In this document: positions 52,124 through 61,092 of the stretch, piece after piece
Layout: each line of letters begins with the position of its first letter
Numbering within the stretch: the stretch's first letter is position 1
NCBI GenBank assembly: GCA_036654095.1
Contig: JAVVSR010000002.1
Coordinates: 65,375-129,374 of the forward strand
Origin: Clostridia bacterium
GTDB taxonomy: Bacteria; Bacillota; Clostridia; Christensenellales; CAG-917
Direction: 5' to 3'
Length of the DNA stretch: 64,000 bases
Position numbers and translations under genes: made by a program
The notes under the pieces: generated by a model
What the model was told of the DNA's origin: nothing
Database searches by the model: none
The model's input: the letters and a program-made list of their open reading frames with translations, nothing else

Positions 52124-52320
52124 TTAAAAAAGTTTAACGAGGTGTTTAATTTATCTAATCAATTTTTTAAATGCAATTTACTATTTTCATTGCTACGACT
52201 TTAATTAATGCTTTCAACGCCATATTGTCAAATATTTTATTAACTTCATATTTACTTAACGTATAATAAAACCATTTATTTATTAAATTATTTGTTAAAT
52301 TAAAAAACATTTTTTAGTAT

Positions 52321-52354
52321 CGAAAACCCCCGTAATTAGTATTGCGGGGGTTTT
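52321..52354 (-). terminator. rho-independent terminator after hydA
   Basis: AAAACCCCCG-loop-CGGGGGTTTT, followed on the minus strand by a T-run. Confidence 0.75.
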
Positions 52355-52382
52355 AGTGTTAAAATACCTGTTTAAATATAGT

Positions 52383-54125
52383 TTATAGGTCGCGTTTTAC
52401 ATATTTTGTATGCAAAATTTCGTGCGCCTTATGACTGTTTGGCTCACCTAAGAAGGTGTCATACAATTCTTTAATATAAACATTCTCGTGCGACTTACGC
52501 AACTTCATAACTTTGTCAGTATCGTAAATTGCCTTTGCGCGCAACGCTTGAATATTGCTATTATTTCGAGTAAACGCATCTTGAATAGGCTGTCCACCAC
52601 CATTTACGCAGCCTCCTGGACACGACATAATTTCAATAAAATGATAATCTGCTTTACCCGCTTTAATTAATTCCAAAAGATTTCTTGCGTTACCTAAGCC
52701 TGACGCAACTGCAACTTTAACTTCAATCCCTGCGAGAGTATACTTGGCTTCTTTAATGCCCTGAACTCCACGCACATCTTTGAAATCCAAGTTTTTCAAC
52801 TCTTTACCTTCAATAACTTCAGCAAGCGTCCTAAGCGCCGCCTCCATAACACCGCCCGTCGCGCCAAACAACAGCCCCGCGCCCGAACCAATACCTAGCG
52901 GACTATCATACTGTTCATCTGAAAGTTCATTAAATAAAATCCCTTTACGTTTAATCAACCTAGCTAATTCGCGAGTAGTTAAAACGTGGTCAATATCTTG
53001 AACGCCAGCGGCATTTTGGAACGGACGATTTTTTTCAAACTTTTTTGCTGTGCAAGGCATAATAGTAACGACGCTAATTTTTTCAGCAGGAACGCCAATT
53101 TTCGACGCATAATATGTTTTGCAAAGCGCGCCAAACATCTGTTGTGGCGATTTGCAACTGCTTAAATTTCCAATAAATTCGGGATAGTTATGCTCAATAA
53201 ACTTAATCCACGCAGGCGAACAACTTGTCATCATCGGAAGTTTACCGCCGTTTTTAAGACGACCTAAAAACTCATATCCTTCTTCCATAATTGTTAGGTC
53301 AGCCGTAAAGTCTACGTCAAAAACATTATTAAACCCTATGCGACGTAATGCCGCAACCATTTTCCCTTCGCAGTTAGTGCCGATAGGGTATCCAAATTCT
53401 TCGCCGATGCCAACGCGAGTAGCAGGCGCTGTGCCGACAATAACATATTTATCAGGATTTGAGATATCCGCCAAAACTTCATCAATCTCATCACGTTCGC
53501 GAAGCGCGCCTGTCGGACATACTGTAATACATTGACCGCAACCAACGCAAGCTACGTCGCCTAATAATTTTTCAAACGCGCTCGATATATGCGTATCAAA
53601 GCCACGACCATTTGCGCCTATTACCGAAACCGATTGATATGCCGTACAAGCCGCCACGCAACGACGACAGAGAATACATTTATTGTTGTCGCGAACAAGA
53701 TAAGGAGTAGACTCGTCAATCGAATACTCAATCCGTGCGCCCAAGTATTTTTTAGTATCGCAACCTAATTCATATGCAAGTTTTTGAAGTTCGCAATTTT
53801 GATTTCTTACGCAACTTGGACAATTTTGTTCGTGGTCGGAAAGCATTAGTTCAACCGTAGTTTTTCGACTTTGCAAAATTTTGGGAGAGTTTGTAAAAAC
53901 TTCCGTTCCCTCACGCTCAAGCGGATATACGCAAGCAGCAACCAACGCGCGCGCGCCCTTAACCTCGCAAACGCAAACTCGACAAGCGCCAATAGCGTTG
54001 ATATCTTTTAAATAGCAAAGGGTAGGAATTTTAATACCTGCAATTTTAGCGGCATCTAAAATGGTAGTACCCTTTTCAACTGAAACCAAAATATTATCAA
54101 TTTTAACATTAATTAATTCACTCAT
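52383..54125 (-). CDS. hydA: [FeFe]-hydrogenase catalytic subunit (HydABC-type, group A3-like)
   Basis: N-terminal 2Fe-2S domain plus His-ligated and 2x[4Fe-4S] domains. H-cluster motifs TSCSPAW, MPCTAKKFE and EIMSCPGGCVNGGGQP. ATG 54125 is preferred (AAGGCGG RBS); the ORF-track GTG is at 54131. Confidence 0.93.
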   Translation of the reverse strand: MSELINVKIDNILVSVEKGTTILDAAKIAGIKIPTLCYLKDINAIGACRVCVCEVKGARALVAACVYPLEREGTEVFTNSPKILQSRKTTVELMLSDHEQNCPSCVRNQNCELQKLAYELGCDTKKYLGARIEYSIDESTPYLVRDNNKCILCRRCVAACTAYQSVSVIGANGRGFDTHISSAFEKLLGDVACVGCGQCITVCPTGALRERDEIDEVLADISNPDKYVIVGTAPATRVGIGEEFGYPIGTNCEGKMVAALRRIGFNNVFDVDFTADLTIMEEGYEFLGRLKNGGKLPMMTSCSPAWIKFIEHNYPEFIGNLSSCKSPQQMFGALCKTYYASKIGVPAEKISVVTIMPCTAKKFEKNRPFQNAAGVQDIDHVLTTRELARLIKRKGILFNELSDEQYDSPLGIGSGAGLLFGATGGVMEAALRTLAEVIEGKELKNLDFKDVRGVQGIKEAKYTLAGIEVKVAVASGLGNARNLLELIKAGKADYHFIEIMSCPGGCVNGGGQPIQDAFTRNNSNIQALRAKAIYDTDKVMKLRKSHENVYIKELYDTFLGEPNSHKAHEILHTKYVKRDL

Positions 54126-54137
54126 TTTCACACCGCC

Positions 54138-55922
54138 TTATTTTTTGATGATAGCTTTGAATTTACAATTATCAGCGCAAACGCCACATTTAATACACTT
54201 TGAATTGTCAATAACAAACTTCTCTTTAATTTTTCCACTAATTGCGCCCACTGGACACTTCTTTGAGCAAAGCGAACAGCCAACACATTTATCGGTAATT
54301 TCATAACTAAGAAGTTCCTTACATACGCCTGCCGGGCATCTCTTATCCACAACGTGCGCGACATACTCATCGCGGAAATAACGAAGCGTTGATAAAACTG
54401 GATTTGGCGCAGTTTGGCCAAGTCCACAAAGGCTATTTTCTTTAATGTAATAACAAAGTTTTTCCATATCGTCAAGGTCCTGAAGCGTAGCTTTCCCAGC
54501 AGTAATTTTATCCAAGTACTCAAGCAAGCGACGATTTCCAATACGGCAAGGCGTACATTTTCCACAACTTTCGTCAACCGTAAATTTTAAAAAGAATTTA
54601 GCAATATCAACCATGCAGTTATCCTCGTCCATAACAATCATACCGCCCGACCCCATCATTGAGCCGATGGAAATAAGGTTGTCATAGTCAATAGGAATGT
54701 CAAAGTGTTCCAGAGGGATACATCCGCCCGACGGCCCTCCCGTTTGCGCTGCCTTGAATTTTTTGCCATTAGGTATGCCACCGCCTATATCTTCAATAAC
54801 TTCACGGAGTGTTGTTCCCATAGGTATTTCAACAAGCCCTGTATTTGTAATTTTACCTCCTAACGCAAAAACCTTAGTCCCTTTAGACTTTTCAGTACCC
54901 ATAGCAGAAAACCAATCTGCGCCCTTTAGGATAATTTGCGCGATATTGGCAAAAGTTTCAACGTTGTTTAAAATGGTAGGTTTTCCGAAAAGGCCTTTTA
55001 CCGCGGGGAACGGAGGACGAGGACGCGGTTCGCCACGATTGCCTTCAATAGATGTCATAAGCGCCGTTTCCTCTCCGCAAACAAACGCGCCACTTCCTAA
55101 GCGGATATCAATATCAAAGCTAAAACCCGTATCCATAATATTTTTGCCCAATAGTCCATATTCTTTCGCTTGAGATAACGCAATTTTACAGCGCTCAACC
55201 GCAATAGGATATTCCGCACGAATATAAATGTAACCTTGGTCGCTTCCGATTGCATAGCCAGCAATAGCCATTGCTTCCAAAACCGAGTGGGGGTCGCCCT
55301 CTAAAACAGACCTATCCATAAATGCGCCCGGGTCGCCTTCGTCGGCGTTACAACAAACATACTTTTTGTTTGACACCGAGTCTTTAGCAAATTGCCACTT
55401 TAAGCCAGTTGGAAACCCTCCGCCGCCACGTCCGCGCAGACCTGATTTTTTAATTGTATCCACAACATCTTGAGGCGCAAGTTCGGTTATGCACTTAATT
55501 AAAGCCTGATAGCCGTCATAGCCAATATACTCATCAATTTCCTCGGGATTAATAACTCCGCAATTACGCAAGGCAATACGTGTTTGTTTTTTATAAAAGT
55601 TAGTATCCGAAAGCGACTTCACAATTTCGGTAGTCTTATGGTCCTTATATACAAGCCTTTCAACGATACGGCCTTTAATTAGATGTTCTGCCACAATTTC
55701 CGAAACATCGTCAGGCTTAATTTCGCTGTAAAAAGTGCCTTCTGGATATATAATAACAACAGGGCCAACCGCGCATAGACCAAAACAACCTGTCTTGACA
55801 ACTTGCGCTTCAGAGGAAAGCCCTTGCGCTTTAATTTCACTTTCAAATTTATCAAAAATTTCCGAACTGTGGTTTGAATGGCAACCCGTGCCACCACAAA
55901 CTAAAATATGACTTCGAAACAT
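54138..55922 (-). CDS. hydB: NuoF-like NAD(H)/FMN-binding hydrogenase subunit with N-terminal 2Fe-2S and C-terminal 2x[4Fe-4S]
   Basis: 594 aa with GRGGGGFPTGLKW, NADEGDPGAF, SCGKCTPCR and two CxxCxxCxxxCP motifs. AGGAGG RBS. Confidence 0.93.
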   Translation of the reverse strand: MFRSHILVCGGTGCHSNHSSEIFDKFESEIKAQGLSSEAQVVKTGCFGLCAVGPVVIIYPEGTFYSEIKPDDVSEIVAEHLIKGRIVERLVYKDHKTTEIVKSLSDTNFYKKQTRIALRNCGVINPEEIDEYIGYDGYQALIKCITELAPQDVVDTIKKSGLRGRGGGGFPTGLKWQFAKDSVSNKKYVCCNADEGDPGAFMDRSVLEGDPHSVLEAMAIAGYAIGSDQGYIYIRAEYPIAVERCKIALSQAKEYGLLGKNIMDTGFSFDIDIRLGSGAFVCGEETALMTSIEGNRGEPRPRPPFPAVKGLFGKPTILNNVETFANIAQIILKGADWFSAMGTEKSKGTKVFALGGKITNTGLVEIPMGTTLREVIEDIGGGIPNGKKFKAAQTGGPSGGCIPLEHFDIPIDYDNLISIGSMMGSGGMIVMDEDNCMVDIAKFFLKFTVDESCGKCTPCRIGNRRLLEYLDKITAGKATLQDLDDMEKLCYYIKENSLCGLGQTAPNPVLSTLRYFRDEYVAHVVDKRCPAGVCKELLSYEITDKCVGCSLCSKKCPVGAISGKIKEKFVIDNSKCIKCGVCADNCKFKAIIKK

Positions 55923-55931
55923 TTTATCCTC

Positions 55932-56300
55932 CTATACGTTTTCAACAAGATAATCGGTACAAATATTTCCGCCGACTATATGTTTTTCGATTATATTTTT
56001 TGCTTTCGCGCTGTCAACCTTAACGTAAGTAACCTTTTCCTGACCAGGAACAAACACTTCAACAATAGGTTCAAGCCTGCACATACCCAAACATCCCGCA
56101 CGCGTGACCTTAACATTTTGCAGTTTATGGCCTGCGACTTCATCAATAAGAGTGTTGAACACAGGACGAGCGCCCGCAGCTATACCGCAAGTCGCCATAC
56201 CAACTACAATACGCGTATCCGTACTATCAGCATTGTCACGCTGAGTAATTTCCGATTGCATTTTATCTCTAATTGCCTTAATATCGGCTAAAGTTTTCAT
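55932..56300 (-). CDS. hydD: thioredoxin-like [2Fe-2S] ferredoxin
   Basis: 122 aa with MATCGIAAG...AGCLGMC. The position matches the small ferredoxin gene seen in Thermoanaerobacter-type hyd operons. The symbol follows that usage and is tentative. Confidence 0.75.
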   Translation of the reverse strand: MKTLADIKAIRDKMQSEITQRDNADSTDTRIVVGMATCGIAAGARPVFNTLIDEVAGHKLQNVKVTRAGCLGMCRLEPIVEVFVPGQEKVTYVKVDSAKAKNIIEKHIVGGNICTDYLVENV

Positions 56301-56839
56301 AGCATCATACCTCCGTTTACTGTTTCAATATTTTCCGTTAATAAATCTTTAACAAAAGCTACCACCTCGGGACTACAAACAGATATCCCGTCTAATTCCA
56401 TTTTAAGTTCGCGCGTGTCAAACGTGAAAGTTTTTCCATTAATTTCATAATTCCAAACAAAATCCACATTATCGTCAAGCTGAGTTAAAATAGTCGACAC
56501 CAAATCGCCCAATGGAGCGCGGTCAATGCTGTCAAGTTTAAATGTTGCAACAACAGTTGTGCCGACGCCTAATTTAGATGTAATTTCAAAACTACCTTCA
56601 GCATCTTTAGTTGCCTGCATAAAAAGCGGAATACCCATACCAACTTTGCGAGTAGTTCGCGTAGTTGTAAAAGGGTCGCACACTTTTTTCAAAAAATCTT
56701 CGCTCATACCCTTGCCGTTGTCACGAATTTCAATTTTTAAAACTCCGTCATATGCCGATATGTTTACCTCAATAAGTTTAGCGTTGGCTTTAACAGAGTT
56801 TTCAACAATGTCAAGTATGTGAAGTGATAATTCTCTCAT
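56297..56839 (-). CDS. stand-alone GHKL (histidine-kinase-like) ATPase domain protein
   Basis: N box LDIVENSVKA, G1 DNGKGM and G2 GMGIP. No DHp/His-phosphoacceptor or sensor domain. ATG 56839 lies 1 nt after the hydC stop. Confidence 0.8.
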   Translation of the reverse strand: MRELSLHILDIVENSVKANAKLIEVNISAYDGVLKIEIRDNGKGMSEDFLKKVCDPFTTTRTTRKVGMGIPLFMQATKDAEGSFEITSKLGVGTTVVATFKLDSIDRAPLGDLVSTILTQLDDNVDFVWNYEINGKTFTFDTRELKMELDGISVCSPEVVAFVKDLLTENIETVNGGMML

Positions 56840-56840
56840 A

Positions 56841-57338
56841 TTATTTGTACTTTGCCAAAACACCATCTACGTCAGCTGATGTTAGCTTTCCGTAAACTTC
56901 GTCATTGACTGTCATAACAGGCGCCAATCCACAACAGCCTACACACCTAGTTTCTATAAGCGAAAATTTACCATCGGGGGTACATTCGTCGTGATGAATG
57001 CCTAGGTTCTTTTCAACCGCTGCCAACAAATTTCCACTACCCTTAACATAACAAGCCGTCCCCAGACAAACGGAAACTTGATACTTGCCACGAGGATTAA
57101 GTGTGAACTGCGAATAAAATGTCGCTACGCCAAATACCTTTTCAAGCGAAACGTCAAGAGTACTTGCTATTTTCTTTTGAACTTCAATCGGCAAGTATCC
57201 GTAAATGTCTTGGGCAATCTGTAAAGCAGGCATAAGCGCGCCCTGCATACTTTTAATTTCCTCAAGTTTGTTTGTAAGCAGAGCGTCCTGTTCGGGAGTA
57301 CCTTTGAATACAACATTTGTAAGTTTAATTTTTGCCAT
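56841..57338 (-). CDS. hydC: NuoE-like [2Fe-2S] hydrogenase subunit
   Basis: 165 aa with CLGTACYVKG...CVGCCGLAP. GGAGG RBS. Confidence 0.9.
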   Translation of the reverse strand: MAKIKLTNVVFKGTPEQDALLTNKLEEIKSMQGALMPALQIAQDIYGYLPIEVQKKIASTLDVSLEKVFGVATFYSQFTLNPRGKYQVSVCLGTACYVKGSGNLLAAVEKNLGIHHDECTPDGKFSLIETRCVGCCGLAPVMTVNDEVYGKLTSADVDGVLAKYK

Positions 57339-57401
57339 AAGCTCCTCCGTTCGTTTTTCAATTTGATATGTTATTTACCTTTAAAACTATGTTTATAATG
57401 T

Positions 57402-57419
57402 TTGTCAAAAAATTAACAC
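57402..57419. promoter_or_regulatory. candidate Rex (NADH/NAD+ sensing repressor) operator
   Basis: TTGTCAAAAAATTAACAC versus the clostridial Rex consensus TTGTTAANNNNTTAACAA: correct spacing, 2 mismatches. It starts 6 nt downstream of the predicted -10. Confidence 0.45.
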
Positions 57420-57425
57420 AGCGAT

Positions 57426-57453
57426 ATTATAGCACAGAATATTATTTTTTCAA
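57426..57453 (-). promoter_or_regulatory. candidate sigma-A promoter of the hyd operon
   Basis: Minus strand: TTGAAA, 16 nt spacer, extended -10 TGCTATAAT, about 90 nt upstream of the hydC ATG. Confidence 0.5.
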
Positions 57454-57649
57454 AACAAAAATGTTTATTATTCTGCAATAAATTCAAATTTTGACACTAT
57501 TTTTTTTAAAATTACATTGCGCAAGAATTTCTTTGCATATTTTTTAACAATAAATAATATTTTATAAATTACAATATAAATATAACGTTTGTTTTCAAAA
57601 TATAACTTTATGCTACACTTACTAGCGCATTTTTATTTGCAAGTAACGG

Positions 57650-58375
57650 CTATCTTTTATATACATTGCCAAGACGACGCTTATGCTCGGTACGCGAAAT
57701 TGCTTTTTCGATTTTTATTTTGTCGTCATTTGACGCCTTTCCGTTTAACAAATAATCATCAATAACCTTATACGAAATACCCATTTCCTTTTCGTCAGTT
57801 TGGCCTTCATAAAGCCCTGCGGAAGGCTGTTTACAAATAATACTTGTGGGAGCGTTTAAGTAGCGCAACATCTCATAAACCTCAGTTACAGTCAAGTCGG
57901 CAGTTGGATTAAAATCAAATGCGCCATCACCCCATTTTGTAAAGTAGCCCATCATAATTTCACTTCGATTTCCCGTACCTGCCACCAAATAACTGTTTTT
58001 ATATGCGTACGCATAAAGTGTTGTCATTCTAATACGAGGATTTATATTTGCATATGCCATGACACACTCGCCAATTTCCGATTGCAACATCTTGCGAAAC
58101 GCTGACTTTACTTCGGTTAAATCCAACTCAATGGTATTAATGCTAAATTTATTTGCGCAACATAAAGCGTCGTCCCTGTCGCTTCCATAATTTACACTGC
58201 TTTCACACGGCATAATAATACCCGTTACGTTATCTGTGGCCATTTTGCAAAGAATACCAACCAACGTACAATCCTTGCCGCCACTGTTGCCATAAACAAT
58301 ACCTTTTGCATTTGAATTTTTTAAAATTTCTTTAATCCAATTAACTCTATTTTTGACCTCTAACGCGCAATCCAT
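57650..58375 (-). CDS. nadE: ammonia-dependent NAD+ synthetase
   Basis: 241 aa with PP-loop GNSGGKDC. The ATG overlaps the PHP gene stop (TAATG). Confidence 0.88.
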   Translation of the reverse strand: MDCALEVKNRVNWIKEILKNSNAKGIVYGNSGGKDCTLVGILCKMATDNVTGIIMPCESSVNYGSDRDDALCCANKFSINTIELDLTEVKSAFRKMLQSEIGECVMAYANINPRIRMTTLYAYAYKNSYLVAGTGNRSEIMMGYFTKWGDGAFDFNPTADLTVTEVYEMLRYLNAPTSIICKQPSAGLYEGQTDEKEMGISYKVIDDYLLNGKASNDDKIKIEKAISRTEHKRRLGNVYKR

Positions 58376-59073
58376 TAGTTTATGCCTCCATTTAAGTATT
58401 TTAACAACGCTTTAGAACTTTTATCTTCAATTTCAAAAATATGTATTTCTTGACCTATTTTTTGCAAAGTATGGCTGTCACTATCAATTATAACAACACA
58501 ATCTTTAACATATTTGTCACGCTCAAATTTATCTATCGGCGATGACAATTCAACTGCGCCATATTCATTTGGTATTGTCCCCAATATTGCCAATATGCCA
58601 TTTGCCTCACGATTTATATGCGCAGGAACAGCAACCCCGTTAAATTTTTTTATACAATTACTTATTTCATATTCAGCAATATTTGATGACATCAACAGCA
58701 ACGAATCTTCGTGACCAACAACTTCGTCATCTTCATTTACTATTAGTTGCTGTCCAAAAATTTCTTCCCTGTTTTTCATTTTCGTAAATTCAATCGAATT
58801 ATAAAAATTATTTAAATCAACAAACTTTTCAAACAAACATAAAAAGTGTATTTCCTCTTTTGTTTGAAGCTCCATCGCGGGGACCACTGTTACCCCCAAC
58901 ATTTCCCCCACTGCCATTGTTGCTTTAACATTTTTTATACTGTTATGGTCGGCAACTGCAAGCATCTCTATCCCCGCAGCGCTCGCCTTCGCAACTATGT
59001 TGACGGGTGTCATATCATTGTCGGCGCAGGGCGACAGCGCGCTATGAATATGTAAATCATAGCAAACTTTCAT
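58375..59073 (-). CDS. PHP-domain metal-dependent phosphoesterase
   Basis: 232 aa with DLHIHSALSPCAD, VADHNS and DSDSH motifs. Confidence 0.8.
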   Translation of the reverse strand: MKVCYDLHIHSALSPCADNDMTPVNIVAKASAAGIEMLAVADHNSIKNVKATMAVGEMLGVTVVPAMELQTKEEIHFLCLFEKFVDLNNFYNSIEFTKMKNREEIFGQQLIVNEDDEVVGHEDSLLLMSSNIAEYEISNCIKKFNGVAVPAHINREANGILAILGTIPNEYGAVELSSPIDKFERDKYVKDCVVIIDSDSHTLQKIGQEIHIFEIEDKSSKALLKYLNGGIN

Positions 59074-59074
59074 T

Positions 59075-59401
59075 TCACTTACCTAAATATGCTTTTACGG
59101 CATCAAATACCGTCAAGTCGGTTTCTATAATGCAAATGTCTTTCTCTTTAGACTTGTCAATCAAATGTTCGTCACACTTTGAACCCTCGCAAATCACAAC
59201 ACAGCCTACCGATGCAAGCGACGCCACCGCCGCCACATTCAAATTTGTCATAACAGTAAACCATACGCACGACGCGGGCGCGCGACTCATAACAAAACTT
59301 AAAAAATCCCCACAATATCCGCCTTCCAACTCATTTTCAAGTGACGAAGGCACATTCACAATTTTAGCCTTTAATATTTTAATTAATTGGTCAATTTTCA
59401 T
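59075..59401 (-). CDS. DRTGG-domain protein
   Basis: 108 aa, similar in layout to 61660..62013 (NLNVAAVASLASVGCVVICEGSK...ICIIETDLTVFDA). GGGAGG RBS. The stop is 1 nt before the PHP ATG. Confidence 0.65.
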   Translation of the reverse strand: MKIDQLIKILKAKIVNVPSSLENELEGGYCGDFLSFVMSRAPASCVWFTVMTNLNVAAVASLASVGCVVICEGSKCDEHLIDKSKEKDICIIETDLTVFDAVKAYLGK

Positions 59402-59708
59402 ATTATACCTCCCTTGCTCGTTTTATATTATTCGCCTTTAGCTTACATCTAACTATACTATTTCGATATTTCTAGTATTATCTTTCTTGTTAAATTTATG
59501 AATACCAATTACCGCGCAACAACACTACACTTATAATCCTTATTTATGTTACATTAATGTGGATTATTTTAAAAAATATTTAAATTATTTACTACCCTTA
59601 TCATTGCATAATTTATTTTAAAATTCTTATTTAAATTATCTACACATAGTCGGCGTACCTTTCATTTGTATTTGTTTAAACAAACATTTTAAACAACTAT
59701 GTACTAAT

Positions 59709-60974
59709 TTATTCGCTCAAATTCTCACTAACATTAACTTTCCGCAAACACTCCTCAACCTTAGCTTCGCCATTGGCCACATCTTCGGCAAATGCCCTGC
59801 AACTCGGCGCACCGCATATGCCACAGTCAAGGTGAGGTAAATTTTTATATATTGCCTCAATTTTTGCCAACTTTTCCATAGCAATTTGTCTGTCCTCATC
59901 AAGCCTGTAAACCTCTTTAATTTTTGGAGCTTGAGTCCATTTAAAATAGTCAAGCGGTTTTTCCGCCTCGTTTAATGTGTTACAATTTAACTGCATATTT
60001 TTGCGAAGTGACCTAATACGCGCTTTCGCTACAAACGCATTTTCAATATTTAAAACGCCACCAACACACCCCCCGTTGCAAGCGTTTAGCTCAACAAAAT
60101 CAAGATAATTAAGTTTGCCATCTTCAATTTCTTTAAGTACGTTGATTACATTTTCAATGCCGTCTGCCGCTAAGTATTTATCCATAAAAAGGCCTGCCGC
60201 CTCGCCACCGCTTGACGCCCATTGAATACCTATTATCCCCGTTTTAGCAAGTTGCTTAATTTCCTTTAGCTTAGGCATAACGGCCAAAAGCTTCATATAA
60301 ACCTCGCTTATTGACAAAACACCATCAACTTCGGGTTCAGTTAGCCCAAGCCCAGTTTTCAGCGCAAACACTTTTGCTGGACACGGCGAAATAAAAAATA
60401 CACCAATATCTTCTTTCGGAATACCCTTTTTTATTGCAGCTTCTCGAGCCATCTTTATTGCGATGTCGGCAGGAGCTTGTAAGTTTAGCAACCTATCGGC
60501 CAACTCGTGAAACCTAACCAATATTAGCTCGACAACCGCCGGACAAGCCGTACTTATTATTGGCCTTACTATATTAGGTTTTTCTGCCAAATACTTGCGC
60601 GATGCTTCGCTAACTAATTCCGCTCCGCGCGTGACTTCAAATACATCGTCAAAGCCAATTTCCAACAATCCGCTTAAAACGATGTTAATATCGTCCATAT
60701 TATTAAATTGGCCATATAGAGAAGGCGCTGGTACTGCAATTTTATATTTATATTTGTTTATAATATCAAAGCTGTCATAGCTTGCCAACTTTGCCTGATG
60801 TGGACAAAGCCTTACGCACTCCCCACAAGCAACACATCGCTCATATAGCACCTTTGCTTTGCCGTTTCTAACTCTTATAGCCTCGGTCGGACAACGCTTC
60901 ATGCAGGTAATACAACCCTTGCACTTATCGCTGTCGAGCGTAACGGTGTTCATACTCTTGTCGTTATCAAACAT
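59709..60974 (-). CDS. HydS-like putative sensory [FeFe]-hydrogenase homologue without an output domain
   Basis: 421 aa. N-terminal 2x[4Fe-4S] ferredoxin motifs (CKGCITCMKRCP, CVACGECVRLCP), H-domain with altered motifs STACPAV / SPCPAKVFA / ELNACNGGCVGG, and a terminal Cx2Cx4Cx16C (CGICGAPSCRAFAEDVANGEAKVEEC). Confidence 0.8.
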   Translation of the reverse strand: MFDNDKSMNTVTLDSDKCKGCITCMKRCPTEAIRVRNGKAKVLYERCVACGECVRLCPHQAKLASYDSFDIINKYKYKIAVPAPSLYGQFNNMDDINIVLSGLLEIGFDDVFEVTRGAELVSEASRKYLAEKPNIVRPIISTACPAVVELILVRFHELADRLLNLQAPADIAIKMAREAAIKKGIPKEDIGVFFISPCPAKVFALKTGLGLTEPEVDGVLSISEVYMKLLAVMPKLKEIKQLAKTGIIGIQWASSGGEAAGLFMDKYLAADGIENVINVLKEIEDGKLNYLDFVELNACNGGCVGGVLNIENAFVAKARIRSLRKNMQLNCNTLNEAEKPLDYFKWTQAPKIKEVYRLDEDRQIAMEKLAKIEAIYKNLPHLDCGICGAPSCRAFAEDVANGEAKVEECLRKVNVSENLSE

Positions 60975-61092
60975 AATTCTCCTCTAGTCTCGAAAAACGA
61001 GTAAACCTTATAAATATAGCGCTTATCATAAAACCACTTTCATATAATGAAATTTAACATTAATATTATATAATATTATTTAGAAACAATTA

